Source: Eledone cirrhosa
Taxonomy: Eukaryota
Direction of reading: 5' to 3'
Length of the DNA stretch: 64,000 nt
NCBI GenBank assembly: GCA_964016885.1
Contig: OZ024748.1
Coordinates: 48,608,001-48,672,000, forward strand
This document shows positions 13,944 to 28,506 of this stretch, in pieces. The notes below the pieces were generated by a model. That model worked only from the letters and a program-made list of their open reading frames with translations. It searched no databases and was not told where the DNA came from. Both the position numbers and the translations under genes were made by a program. Numbering within the stretch: the first letter of the stretch is position 1; each line of letters opens with the position of its first letter.

Positions 13944-14749
13944 ATGTATACACATGCACATATATATATATATGTGTGTGTGTGTATGTATACACATGCA
14001 CATATATATATATATATATGTGTGTATGTATACACACGCACATATATATATAATGGTGGTGGTGGTGATGATGATGATATATGTAAATATATATGTGTGT
14101 AGTATATGTATAATATTACTTAAGATTATATAAGATACTTTGTTAAATTGTCGAAATTAATATTTTTTTAAATATGACTGATTCTATTTTTAAAAGAAAG
14201 TTTCTAACATGAAAACTTAAAATCTTATTAATCCATATATAAATGCAGGGAATAATAATACTAATAATATGCCTTGCATTAATCATTCTAGCTCCCTGCA
14301 TTCTGATTTTAAATCTTGCCATAGTCATCTTTACCTTTTCATCCCTACAGGGTTGATAAAATAAAGTACCAGTAATACACTGGGATTGATTTAATTGACT
14401 TGACTCTCCCCTAAAATTGTTGGCTTTGTGCTTAAATCAGAAATCATTATTACAGGTTTCTCTCTTATTGCATCTTTAGACATTCTAATGACAGTGTCCT
14501 TTATAATGCTCAAATATAACTTGATTTAGTATACAACTCTCCAGTGTGACAATATTTCCATCTTAGTTTAGTGACATATGACTCTGTCTTGGTAACATTT
14601 ATGTGTAGATGTTCTTGAGCTTGATCAATGGTATTTGATAGAAGAGCTATTTCATTAGAAACATCTGTATCACTACCAGAAAAATCAAAATATCATTCTT
14701 CAGAACATATGTTGAGTTGTTGTATAGACCAGGTACATGGACCTTGATA

Positions 14750-15320
14750 CAAGCACTTGAGAAGTAACTTGGTGGTGCATATACTAATATTCTTAGGGTT
14801 GTACAAAACATAAACTGGCATTACAAATGAAAGTTTATACGGAAACTTGCCCAAGATAACAATTACAATTGCTCAAAGATGTGGGAACCAACTCATGGGT
14901 GACGCAGCAGAGGAAGTCTTCATCAGTCAATGGTATAAACCTCACTAGGGAGCAATGGAAAATTGTGAATTGTGGAGAGACTTTGTCAGGAATGTTCGAC
15001 TGTTAAGAGAGACACAGTAGAGGAAGACCTGCTTGAACATTCATCAATCAACTCTCAGATGATACGAACCTCAGTAGAGAGCAGTTACCAGGAAAAATGG
15101 AAAGTTGTGAATCGTGGAGAGACTTTGTCAGGAATGTTCAACTGTTAAGAGAGACACAGTGTTTGACTGTTAAGAGAGATGCAGTAGAGGAAGACCTGCT
15201 TGAACATTCATCAATCAACTCTCAGATGATACAAACCTCAGTAAGGAGCAGTTACCAGGAAAAATGGAAAGTTATGAATCGTGGAGAGACTTTGTCAGGA
15301 ATGTTTGACTGGGCACAATG
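14750..15320 (+). mobile_element. Degenerate RTE-clade LINE 3' fragment with an internal duplication of about 140 bp
   Basis: Reading across frameshifts gives GGAYTNILRVVQNINW...TNESLYGNLPKITITIAQR. The motif tggagagactttgtcaggaatgtt recurs three times. Confidence 0.55.
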
Positions 15321-15823
15321 ACGATCTATGTATTGTGAGAATAAACTCAGTGGAGACTCTGTAGAGTAAGACTGTGGGCACAATGACACTGATGACATCA
15401 TCAGGTCTCATTACAACAAAATAATACTAGAATTATAACAAAACCCATTGCCTGTTAGACTATCTTCATGGAAATCTTCACGTAGATCTTCCCGTAGATT
15501 TAACATGATATTAGCTGCTATATAATCTTATTTATGCTTAACATTTTCATCGGTTTCCAAACTCTTTATATTTCACTTCATTTGATTTATTTTATTCATT
15601 AGCGTGCTAGTAGCTAGTTTTCCATCAACTCATTTGAAAAATCTGTCAATGTCTTCCTCGCAAACCCCTCCCATCACTCCAGATTTTCTATATTTCTAAC
15701 AAGCTGGTCCTTAAATATTTGCTATTGATTTATTAGAAATCACGATTATTGCAGGCTGAGTCATGAATATGTTTGTTGTGTGTGTATGGGAGAGAGATAG
15801 GGGGTGGGGGAGATGCATGCATT

Positions 15824-15854
<31 letters not shown>

Positions 15855-16076
15855 GTATTTGTATGCGTCTGCATATATATATATACATATATACATTCAA
15901 GTGTAGATGCCTTTGCTAGCAAATCTTCTAAATAACATTTCAATGTTACTATTTTCAGATCTATATTTCCATATCTTAATTGCTTTCAAAAAAATAAGAA
16001 AGATTCTATTTAACATTTTTATAAATTTCCAATTAATATATTTTTTCTATTATAAGTATGTATGTGTGTGGGCATT

Positions 16077-16116
<40 letters not shown>

Positions 16117-16549
16117 AGTATGTGTGTTTTTATATATATATATGCACATACACATATCATAATCATCATCAACTTTATATATATACCTAACCCATGCAAG
16201 CATGGAAAAATGGACATGATGATGATGTACACATACTTACATGTATATATACTTGTTGATGTACATGTGTGCATATATTTATATATATGTGGTGGGTGTA
16301 TGCATATATGTATGTGTATATATCTATATTCATATATACACATATATGTATGCATGTGTGTGAGTGAGTGTGTATGTCTGTGAATATATATATGTGTAAT
16401 TTTAAATAATTCTGATTAAATTTCTCAGATGTTGATGGCAACTTATTGTAAATACCTGTGTATGAGGTAAAAAAACTCCATGAAAACCAATCACGATGTG
16501 ATCCTATCATAACATTGCTTCTCTTAATTAAACAAATTTTTTCATTCTA

Positions 16550-17370
16550 GAAAGAATGTATCTATATTAGCTAATCCTCATGCTCCTTATCTTTGTTTTT
16601 TTATGTGAAGAAGTGGATGAAAGTTAAATTTCTCCTGGAGAGGTTGCTAGTCTATTGCATCTGACTTTTCCTGCTGGAGAAAATAACTTTTTTTACTCTG
16701 GAAAGAATGTCTTTATGTTAGCTAATCCACTTTACTGAACCACGAAGGTCTATAGCTGTTGTGCTTATCCTTGGTTTTTATGTGAAGAAGTGGATGAAAG
16801 TTAACTCTCTCCTGGAGAGGTTGCTAGTCTATTGCATCTGACTTTTCCTGCTGGAGAAAATAACTTTTTTTACTCTGGAAAGAATGTCTTTATGTTAGCT
16901 AATCCACTTTACTGAACCACGAAGGTCTATAGCTGTTGTGCTTATCCTTGGTTTTTATGTGAAGAAGTGGATGAAAGTTAACTCTCTCCTGGAGAGGTTG
17001 CTAGTCTATTGCATCTGACTTTTCCTGCTGGAGAAAATAACTTTTTTTACTCTGGAAAGAATGTCTTTATGTTAGCTAATCCACTTTACTGAACCACGAA
17101 GGTCTATAGCTGTTGTGCTTATCCTTGGTTTTTATGTGAAGAAGTGGATGAAAGTTAACTCTCTCCTGGAGAGGTTGCTAGTCTATTGCATCTGACTTTT
17201 CCTGCTGGAGAAAATAACTTTTTTTACTCTGGAAAGAATGTCTTTGTTAGCTAATCCACTTTACTGAACCACGAAGGTCTATAGCTGTTGTGCTTATCCT
17301 TGGTTTTTATGTGAAGAAGTGGATGAAAGTTAACTCTCTCCTGGAGAGGTTGCTAGACTATTGCAGCTGA
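16550..17370. repeat. 177-bp tandem satellite, about 4.5 copies
   Basis: gaagaagtggatg recurs at 16607, 16784, 16961, 17138 and 17313. Confidence 0.95.
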
Positions 17371-18057
17371 ATTCTCTTGCTGCAGGAATCAAATTAATTT
17401 GTGAATTTCAGATATACCATTATGTACCATTTTTTTTATTTGTTATTACAGTTTAGCTGCCATTGCCTACTTAAGTAGTAATCACCTCATCTCCTCCCAT
17501 ATATTCCTGAGAGAGTAAGTGGGGTATAGAGTCCTCAGACACACCTTTCAGTTTGTCCTATCAGAAGCAACCATCTCCAAATGATATGACTGGATCCCCC
17601 AAATGAGACAAACTAAGTTTATGGATGTGATCCAACCACCTTGTGGTGTATGTCGGTCTTTCCTTAAAAATATGGAAACAAGAGGGTTAAGCACCTTATC
17701 AACTCAGTCAGTCTGTCTTATCTGTATTTATAGTATACAGGTTCATATCTTTGAATCAGGAGTATTATGGTAGTGAAGTTCTTGTATATTTACTTCTTAC
17801 AGCTATATTACTTAGCATATATGTTTTCGACAGTTCATTTCAGTTTGGTCGTGATACAGTTTGTCGACAGAGATTTTGCTACGTTAATACTTTCGTTGCA
17901 CCCTAGAAGGAGGTATTTAATTACAGTGCTGTGCTAATTAATAAATCGCTTCTTAATTATAAAGCACTCCACTTACTTTACAACAACATCGACATATAAA
18001 GCCTGTTTACAGTTGAGTGGACTGCTCCAATGAGTGTTAAGTTATTAAAGTGTCTTA

Positions 18058-18340
18058 GTTGGATGGCCTAATGGTTAAGATGCTTGACATAGGTTTGTAA
18101 TGTGGCGGTTCAATTCCTGGACAAGCTGCTGTGTTGTGTTCTTGAGCAAAACACTTTATTTCACGTTGCTCCAGTACACTCATTTGAGAGTGAGTACCAG
18201 CAGTAGCTGGGAAGTTAATCCTGCGATAGACGGGCTTCCTATCCAGAAACAGTCTTTTACTCATTACTACTTAACACCAAGCAAACCAGGGATAGGCACT
18301 GACTGATGAGCCCTCAGTTTAGAACAGACTTTAACTAACT
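18058..18340 (+). mobile_element. tRNA-derived SINE, CORE-like body with a different 3' end
   Basis: tggcctaatggttaag (A box), ggttcaattcc (B box), tcttgagcaaaacactttatttcac, cctgcgatagac...atccag. Confidence 0.75.
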
Positions 18341-18540
18341 TAGCTATGGACACAGGGCAGCATTGGTGTGAGGATTCAGGCCACTAGCTCTTCAGTTGAC
18401 CACAACTGACCGTCATATTCTAATTCACAATATATTCATTCCAAACTCTGGGGAGTGGGGATGTTTGAAAAATTGATTTTGTTTTAGTTTTATGAAATCC
18501 ATTTATTTCCTACAAATTATATTTTCGTGGGTTGAGCAAG

Positions 18541-18897
<357 letters not shown>

Positions 18898-18954
18898 TAC
18901 TGTTTCACACGGACGTGCATATATATGTGTGTTTGTTTGATTCACAGTTGCAGT

Positions 18955-19120
18955 GGTTGGTGTTGATAGAAGGAATGGTGGTGATGATGATGGTGATGGT
19001 GATGATGGTGTTGATAATGATGATGATAGTGTTGGTGGTGTTGATGATGGTGTTGGTGGTGTTGATGATGATGATGGTGATGATGGTGTTATTGGTAGTG
19101 GTAATTGTGATGATGATACT
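18955..19120. repeat. (GAT/GGT)n trinucleotide repeat
   Basis: Direct inspection. Confidence 0.9.
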
Positions 19121-19184
19121 CATGCAGTAGTCAATCCTACACAGACTAATCAAAACAATGATACAGTCAGTGTCTTTACTTCAT

Positions 19185-19400
19185 TTAACCCTTTAGCATT
19201 GAAACCGGCCGTATCCGGCCAGAATTCTCTCATCTCTTTCTGTTCAAACCGGCTGTAACTGGCCACTCAAACTGATATTAAGGTATTGTTCTCAAAATAA
19301 ATAATATCAAAATCTCGTATATTCAATATTATGTAAGATAAAGCCTTTCCCGTGAAAATACAATAGTATATATAGAGTAATGTAAATGGTAAAGGGTTAA
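19185..19400. mobile_element. piggyBac-like MITE
   Basis: TTAA|CCCTTT...AAAGGG|TTAA termini; homologous to 57994-58211 in the opposite orientation. Confidence 0.75.
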
Positions 19401-19486
19401 AGTTGTCATTACAGAAACATGTGTTTACACAAGCAAAACAAGGGTTAAGAAGAAAACATACAGACATACTCAAATATAGACAACTT

Positions 19487-20267
19487 TTAACCCTTTAATG
19501 TTCAAACCGGCCAGAATTCTCTACCTCTTTCTGTTGAAACTGGCTGAAACTGGTCACTCAAACTGATGTTAAGGTATTGTTCTCTAAATAAATACTTTCC
19601 AAATCTCATAGATTCGATATTATGTGAGGTAAAGCCTTTACCATGAACATGTAATAGTGTATATAGAGTAATGTGAATGTTATGTGAGATATTATGTGAG
19701 GTAAAGCCTTTACCATGAACATGTAATAGTGTATATAGAGTAATGTGAATGTTATGTGAGATATTATGTGAGGTAAAGCCTTTACTATGAACATATAATA
19801 GTGTATATAGAGTAATGTGAATGCTATGTGAGATATTATGTGAGGTAAAGCCTTTACTATGAACATATAATAGTGTATATAGAGTAATGTGAATGTTATG
19901 TGAGATATTATGTGAGGTAAAGCCTTTACTATGAACATATAATAGTGTATATAGAGTAATGTGAATGTTATGTGAGATATTATGTGAGGTAAAGCCTTTA
20001 CTATGAACATATAATAGTGTATATAGAGTAATGTGAATGCTATGTGAGATATTATGTGAGGTAAAGCCTTTACTATGAACATATAATAGTGTATATAGAG
20101 TAATGTGAATGTTATGTGAGATATTATGTGAGGTAAAGCCTTTACTATGAACATATAATAGTGTATATAGAGTAATGTGAATGCTATGTGAGATATTATG
20201 TGAGGTAAAGCCTTTACTATGAACATATAATAGTGTATATAGAGTAATGTGAATGGTAAAGGGTTAA
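19487..20267. mobile_element. piggyBac-like MITE with an internal 60-bp minisatellite expansion (about 10.5 copies)
   Basis: Same TTAA-CCCTTT/AAAGGG-TTAA ends. The unit gatattatgtgaggtaaagcctttactatgaacatataatagtgtatatagagtaatgtgaatg... matches the single-copy segment at about 19327-19389. Confidence 0.8.
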
Positions 20268-22168
20268 AACACACACATACACACCTGCATATGATACTAC
20301 CCAAATACAGGATGTGTACTTTTAATACACATTTATGTACACATCTCCTAACACACACAGATATATATACACATATGTACACATGTTAAGGACACATACT
20401 CAAATATAGAATGTGTACATTTAAAACACACACATGCATACACACACACAGATACACATACACACATAGATACACATACATGTACACATGCATACACACA
20501 CAGATATACATACACACACAGGTACACATGCACACACAAAGATATACGCATACATAAGTACATGTTAAGGACACATACATACATCAACGTATATAGATCT
20601 ATATAGACATATACACACCTACACACACTCATACACATTACAGTCACACTCACTCACACACTCATACACACACGTATATAGATCTATATAGACATATACA
20701 CACCTACACACACTCATACACATTACAGTCACACTCATACACACACATACACACACATACATCAACGTATATAGATCTATATAGACAGATATACACACCT
20801 ACACATACATGTTATAGTCATACACATACATCAACATATATAGAACTATATAGACAGATATACACACCTACGCATATAAATAAATACTTTCCAAATCTCA
20901 TAGATTCGATATTATGTGAGGTAAAGCCTTTACCATGAACATGTAATAGTGTATATAGAGTAATGTGAATGTTATGTGAGATATTATGTGAGGTAAAGCC
21001 TTTACCATGAACATGTAATAGTGTATATAGAGTAATGTGAATGTTATGTGAGATATTATGTGAGGTAAAGCCTTTACTATGAACATATAATAGTGTATAT
21101 AGAGTAATGTGAATGCTATGTGAGATATTATGTGAGGTAAAGCCTTTACTATGAACATATAATAGTGTATATAGAGTAATGTGAATGTTATGTGAGATAT
21201 TATGTGAGGTAAAGCCTTTACTATGAACATATAATAGTGTATATAGAGTAATGTGAATGTTATGTGAGATATTATGTGAGGTAAAGCCTTTACTATGAAC
21301 ATATAATAGTGTATATAGAGTAATGTGAATGCTATGTGAGATATTATGTGAGGTAAAGCCTTTACTATGAACATATAATAGTGTATATAGAGTAATGTGA
21401 ATGTTATGTGAGATATTATGTGAGGTAAAGCCTTTACTATGAACATATAATAGTGTATATAGAGTAATGTGAATGCTATGTGAGATATTATGTGAGGTAA
21501 AGCCTTTACTATGAACATATAATAGTGTATATAGAGTAATGTGAATGGTAAAGGGTTAAAACACACACATACACACCTGCATATGATACTACCCAAATAC
21601 AGGATGTGTACTTTTAATACACATTTATGTACACATCTCCTAACACACACAGATATATATACACATATGTACACATGTTAAGGACACATACTCAAATATA
21701 GAATGTGTACATTTAAAACACACACATGCATACACACACACAGATACACATACACACATAGATACACATACATGTACACATGCATACACACACAGATATA
21801 CATACACACACAGGTACACATGCACACACAAAGATATACGCATACATAAGTACATGTTAAGGACACATACATACATCAACGTATATAGATCTATATAGAC
21901 ATATACACACCTACACACACTCATACACATTACAGTCACACTCACTCACACACTCATACACACACGTATATAGATCTATATAGACATATACACACCTACA
22001 CACACTCATACACATTACAGTCACACTCATACACACACATACACACACATACATCAACGTATATAGATCTATATAGACAGATATACACACCTACACATAC
22101 ATGTTATAGTCATACACATACATCAACATATATAGAACTATATAGACAGATATACACACCTACGCATA
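19585..22168. repeat. Apparently exact 1,292-bp tandem duplication (19585-20876 = 20877-22168)
   Basis: Identical ORF translations offset by 1292 (19606/20898, 20348/21640) and matching ends. Confidence 0.9.
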
Positions 22169-22479
22169 CATGTTAGCCACACACACACACACACGCACAC
22201 ATACACATATATCAACATATATAGAACTATATAGACAGATATACACCTACACATACATATTAGTCGCATACAGACACACACTCATACACACACACATACA
22301 TCAACATATGTAGATCTATATAGACAGATATACACACCTACGCATACACACACACACTCATACACACACACATACATCAACATATGTAGATCTATATAGA
22401 CAGATATACACACCTACACATACATATTAGTCACACAAACTCATACATACACACACACACACACATACATCAACATATA

Positions 22480-22968
22480 TAGAACTATATAGACATATAT
22501 ACACACCTACACATACATATTAGTCACACACACTCATACACAAACTCACACACATCTATCAACATATATAGAACTATATAGACAGATATACACACCTACA
22601 CATACATATTATAGTCACACACTCACACACATCTATCAACATATATAGAACTATATAGACAGATATACACACCTACACATACATATTATAGTCACACACT
22701 CACACACATCTATCAACATATATAGAACTATATAGACATATATACACACCTACACATACATATTATAGTCACACACTCACACACATCTATCAACATATAT
22801 AGAACTATATAGACATATATACACACCTACACATACATATTATAGTCACACACTCACACACATCTATCAACATATATAGAACTATATAGACATATATACA
22901 CACCTACACATACATATTATAGTCACACATTCACACACATCTATCAACATATATAGAACTATATAGAC
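22480..22968. repeat. 77-bp CA/TA-rich minisatellite, about 6 copies, degenerate upstream
   Basis: gaactatatagac at 22571, 22648, 22725, 22802, 22879 and 22956. Confidence 0.9.
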
Positions 22969-23862
22969 ACTGAAAGCCCTCATCCAGTATAAACATCCTC
23001 CAAGTAGACCTGATCCTATTTTATTGCTTTGTTTTGTCAATCTTTAATATCTTTGCTAATTTATTTTACTCGTTGATTTTCTTAGTTTATTTCAAATTTT
23101 ACCTTTTTTCTTCAAAACATTGCAACTTATTCTTTAAATTTGTATTTTGGGGTGGACTAAAATTTTTTTTTTTAATTGTTTATATTTTTATCTTTTAAAC
23201 ATGCATCAGCAGAAATTTGAAAACAAATAAAATGTTTAAACGTTTAAATTTTCGCCTCATTGCATCAGTAAATTATTTATGTATTCAGTGATTTAAAACT
23301 GTTTGCTTTTAAAGTGATGTAATCCAAATAACATGTTTAAATATTTTCCTATCTGTGAGATAACTGATCACTTTGATTATAATATTGGTGGTGGTGATTA
23401 TGGTGATTGTTGTTGTTTTAGAGGTAACAATCATCTCTTCCCTGAATTACTATGGTGATCATCATCCATACACATGTGATGTGTATGGATGATGATCATT
23501 AGGGGAAGAAGTGTCAGGAAATCCCAATGAAAGGGAGCTGCAGTAGAGGTAAAATGATGAGGATAAGGGATAAGATAAGTAATAGAATTAATCTGTCCCC
23601 TCTCCTCTGTCCCTTGGATGTCTTCAGCAGAGTCCATTCTGTTATAAACATTCAGACGAGGTCTTAACTTTGAAAATACCTCCTTCTTTTCCTCTCCATT
23701 ATCGCAGAAGCCCTGAAAAGGGGTCATAGATACTGCCCTTTCCTTTTCACTTAATATAAAACAAATAAACACTGTCTTTAAGCCTAAAGCCACCTCTGGT
23801 TCTATTAAACAAAACCCACCAATTTTGAAGGGTTCCTAGTGAATGGCAAAGCATAAATGAAC

Positions 23863-24476
23863 TAAGTGAGAAATTAAGAATAAGAGGGATCAGATGCTGT
23901 TTACTCGAGAGAAGACTACGTTGGTATGGTCACGTAATGCGCATGAAAGACAGCTGTATAAAAAAATGCAGGGCGATCAAAATAGATGGAAGCTATGGAG
24001 AAGGCAGACCCAGAAAAACCTGGGACGATTTGATAAATTCCGACCTTACACACTTACACCTCTCCAAGACAATGTCACTGGACTGAGAGCTTTGGCGCCA
24101 CGCAGTAATACAGAAGACCCGTCTTGCCTAAGTACAAAGCGAAACCTACAGTCAGTAGGCACCTCCTAACCAAAAATACACCCCCATCCCATTACTCCTA
24201 CCCCCACCCACACCACCCCTTTCTCTGTAAAGTTATGTTGGTGCCACAACAAAAAAACACACAGTCCACGCTGTAATGTGGCCGTGTAGGAAACACGGTA
24301 AAAACCTCCAAGTCCACACTGTAAATGTGGTTGGTGGTTGGAAGGGCATCCAGCCATAGAAAACTCGCCAGGCAGTCCTATAAGAGCAAGACAACCAATC
24401 CTGCCTCATGTGGGACAATTCCCGTCTAAACCCATGCAAGCGTGAAAGATAGACGTTAAACGATGATGATGATGAT
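23863..24476 (+). mobile_element. 5'-truncated RTE LINE: ORF2 C-terminus remnant, 3' UTR and (GAT)n tail
   Basis: Homologous to about 38083-38746 (IRGIRCCLLERRLRWYGHVMRM, frameshifted); ends gacgttaaacgatgatgat. Confidence 0.85.
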
Positions 24477-24569
24477 CAACACTTTGTTCCCATATTACTT
24501 TACCAGATTTATTCAACTATTATTTATAGTTACAGCATTATGGCGACTAAATTGTCAATAAAAAATATA

Positions 24570-24870
24570 TAAGGTGGATGTGTTGGTGACATGACAAAAA
24601 GCATCCGGTCCTCCTTGTGAAGTGGTTATTTTGGTGCCATGATGAAAAAGTACATGTCCAACCTGTCAGTTGGTTGTTTTGGTGCTGCAATAAAAAGTCC
24701 ACAGTCCACACTGTAAATGTGGTTGGCATTAGGAAGGGCATCCAGCCTTAGAAACCAAGCCAGAAACAGTTTATTATGAGTAGGACATGGTCACCTGATT
24801 TTGACTTATCTCACAATGGGGCAACTTGTCTAACCAATGCCTGGAAAATGGACGTTAAACAGTGATGATG
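24570..24870 (+). mobile_element. RTE/SINE 3' tail copy with degenerate sub-repeats of about 45 bp
   Basis: aggaagggcatccagcc...ggacgttaaacagtgatgatg. Confidence 0.7.
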
Positions 24871-25317
24871 TTAATGATAAACTAGGACATAAATACACAT
24901 CACATTACTATTGTTGTTATTATACTATTGCATTGTGGCAACTATATTTTCAAACATTTGTTTAATTTTATTTGTTTGCCAAGATCTGAGAAAGTAAAAC
25001 ATGAGAGGCGACAGCTGTTGCCGTAGTTACAGACCTGAATTTTTTTTTTTTTCAAAAATCAATTTGTAAATTAAGATTTAATTTATGAATTAATATATAG
25101 AGAAAGCCTTATAGGAAAATAATTTTTCATATTTCTAAAAGTATTTCTTACTTGAAGATTTTGGATTTAATGAGATTGCCAGTCTTGTATTTTCAAATTA
25201 CAAATTCATTTAATTTTTGAGGTTAATATTTATTATTTGAGAGACGGATTGTCATAGCAACTCTTGTATTTAATCTATTTCTGATTATTATTTTGGTTGA
25301 AACAACAACAACAATAA

Positions 25318-26015
25318 TAGTGGTTTTTGATTTAGGCATGAGGCCAGCAATTTTGGGGGAAGGGGAAGTCGATTAAATTGACCCCAGTGTGTGACTGGTA
25401 CTTTATTTTATTGATCCCATAAGGATGAAAGGCGAAGATGACCACAGCGGAATTTGAACTCAGAATATAAAGGGCGATAGCTCTATGCCACAAAGGATAT
25501 TGTCCGAAGCTCTACTGATACTGCTAATCCACCACCCTCAGTAAAAATAATAATAATAATAATAGTGATTTCTGATTTAAGCACAAGGTCAACAATTTTG
25601 TGAGGAGAGGAAGTTGATTAAATCAACCCAATTGTGTTACTGGTACTTTATTTTATCGACCCCTGTAGGATGAAAGGCAAGGTTTAAACTTGGCAAGATT
25701 GGAAATCAGAATGTTAACGGCCATAACTATGCCACAAAACATAATGTTTCTAATCCACCACCCTAACAACAATAATAATTGTTTCTACTTTAGGCACAAG
25801 GCCAGCAATTACCCAGTACATTACTGGTACTTTATTTTATCGACCCCCCCGTAAGGATGAAAGGCAAAGTTAACCTAACAACAATAATAATGATAATAGT
25901 TTCTGATTTAAGTACAAGGCCAACAAATTGGGGGAAGGCGATTAAATCGACCCCAGTGTGTTACTGGTATTTTATATTTTATCAATCCCGTAAGGATAAA
26001 AGGCAAAGCTAACCT
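25318..26015 (-). mobile_element. Tandem cluster of four family A SINE copies or partials
   Basis: tactggtactttattttatcgacccc...ggatgaaaggcaa occurs four times, separated by (AAT)n/(AAC)n tails. Confidence 0.8.
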
Positions 26016-26246
26016 GTAATAATAAAATCTTTGAGTCTCATGTGTATTTTGAAATAGAATTACCAATTATATAAATATATTATACAATTAAATACATTAA
26101 GTACTTTGGGAGGGTCATGTTGCCAATAAGAAACACACGCACCAGTTGCTTTCACTTCAATTTTTTATAATAAATTTATAAATTTAGGAATTTATAAATT
26201 TCCGGTTGGTTGGTTGGTTCCACAACCAGATGGTTGTTTATATATT

Positions 26247-26289
26247 GTCAAAGTTCTTTCGTCACACATTCTGTGACCTCTTCAGTGAC
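26247..26289 (-). ncRNA. Minimal type-I hammerhead ribozyme motif
   Basis: Minus strand: guca-CUGAAGA-g-gucaca/ugugac (stem II)-GAAA-gaac-UU-ugac. Stem I guca/ugac; predicted CUU cleavage site. Confidence 0.6.
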
Positions 26290-28226
26290 TGGGGATTATT
26301 TTCTTTGTTTTTTGTGCTTCTCCTTTGTTCTGTCCGATGCCATCTTGTTTCTGTGTGTGTGTTGTGTGCTCAGTCTGATAAAGAATCTTGCTAAACAAAT
26401 TCAGAAACGAAATACATTAAGTATATTATACAATTATATAATTTATAGATTTATGGCTATCCTGAGTTTATGTTACCTCAAGGTGTTTATATTTAAAATA
26501 AACAGTTTTTTTTAATAATAGAAACTGGGCAATTTCAGGCAGTTTGGTATGAAAAGGATTAAAATGCTTTGCAGTATTTGTTCCATCTTTCTGCATTCTG
26601 AGTTCAAATCCTGCTGACATCAGCTTTACCTTTCATCATTTCAGGGTCATTAAATAAAGTTCCAGTCCAGGGCATTGGATTGGTAGAATTGTTAGAGATT
26701 CGGATGTGATGCCATGCAGTATCTGTTTTAGGCCATCACATTCTGAGTTCACCAGCAATACCACCAGTGCCAAGCTCTATCAGCCCTTGCCTTTCTCCTT
26801 AGACAACACTGATGGCATGGAGAGTCTGTTAATTCAGATGTTTATAGTATGTTTAATAGTGGACAGATCATTGTAATATTTTTTAAGTATAGACATTAAT
26901 TTTTAATGTGATGCAGTTATAGTGTTGTATTGTACTTTTCAAGAATGTCTTGTTAATATGGTTTCATGCGGTACAAGTCATTGTTAAATATAAATGCAGG
27001 GTTGTTTCAGTGTTATAAGATATTACTAACATTTTGTATGGATGTTATTGTTTCTTTATTGTATTAATTTGTACAAAGTGGGAAAAGAAACCAATCAAAT
27101 GTAGTTTTCTTTTAAAGAAAGTGGTGAACATTTAAATTTATTTCATAATGATGAAATTTTTTATTTACTGTTTTAAAACTATAACAATCTTTCATAATGA
27201 CTGATTAAATTATTTAAATTTAGTAATAATAAAGCTATACCAGCTTTGTTATCTTAGAATTGTTAATCATTTATTGTTTTGTATTACTGGCTTAAAGAAT
27301 TTTAATGTTTCTCTATGAAACTCCAACAGTTTTTCAATCATCCAACCTCTATAAAAGTATTTCATTTATGTATTTGTGTATAGAAGAACTTTGAGCTTTG
27401 GTATTTCATGTTTTATTGTTTTTATTGGTTTCAGTTATTAGACTGTGGCCATGCTGGAGTACCACCTTGTCAGTCATATCAGCCCTACTAAATTCTTTAA
27501 AATCTGCTATATATTATATTAGACCTGTTTACTTTGTAAAGTGGTTGGCATCAGGAAAGGTCATCTAGTCATAGAAACCATACCAAATATGGAGTGTATT
27601 GAGCAAGATGAGGTTACTCCAACTTGTCAGGTCTTTGGCCACGAAAACTTGCCTAATCCAAACTTCAGCTCTATTTCATTGCTTGATATGTGAGGTATTA
27701 ACAGCCAAATCACCCTCATATCAAACCCTACTCTCTTTAAATGAAAGAACATATTGGACACTGTAGTCCTTGATATGCTAAAGGAGGAGATGGTCATGGC
27801 CGACAGGCCATGACCATCCTTTGACAATAGAGCTGCTGAATGTTTTAGTTTGCAACTGGCTATATAGAACAACAAAAACAGCAGCAAACACCAGTCATGG
27901 TTATACAAAATTTTGTCCATCCAAGTTAACACACTAGCTCTTAACTCCACTCAGTGTTTTGCCTGAGTTCTCTGAGCTACATAGAAGCAGAAGGTAGCAC
28001 CATATTATATTTGTAATTTGTGTGGGTGTATTTGTATAAAGCATATTTGTTTATGTGTGCATCTGTTTATAAAGCATGTGTATGTGTGTGTAACTGTACA
28101 TTGGGAAAATATATTGCTATTTGCTTTTTTATGAAATTTATACAAATCATATAAATTTTTTTCCCCCCAGAAATTTTAATGTAATGTTTTTCTCTTAACA
28201 TATTTTGAAAAGAAAATTTGAAGGAA

Positions 28227-28286
<60 letters not shown>

Positions 28287-28506
28287 TGTTGTTAACAATT
28301 GAAATCTGTGATTCTTTGCTTGCGGCTAGTTTGCCAACCAATGACGCAATGTGCAATATATGCAATATCATTTTAACATAGATTGCTGTGTGTGTATGTG
28401 TGTGATATATTATCACACATAAATTTATAAAAGCAGTTCCAGAAAAATATATGCCTTGATATATATATGTAAGTGTGATATATGCATTTAAATATATATA
28501 TATATG

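Noticed and set aside
23431-23793. 120-aa minus-strand ORF
   Set aside because: No recognisable homology or convincing splice signals.
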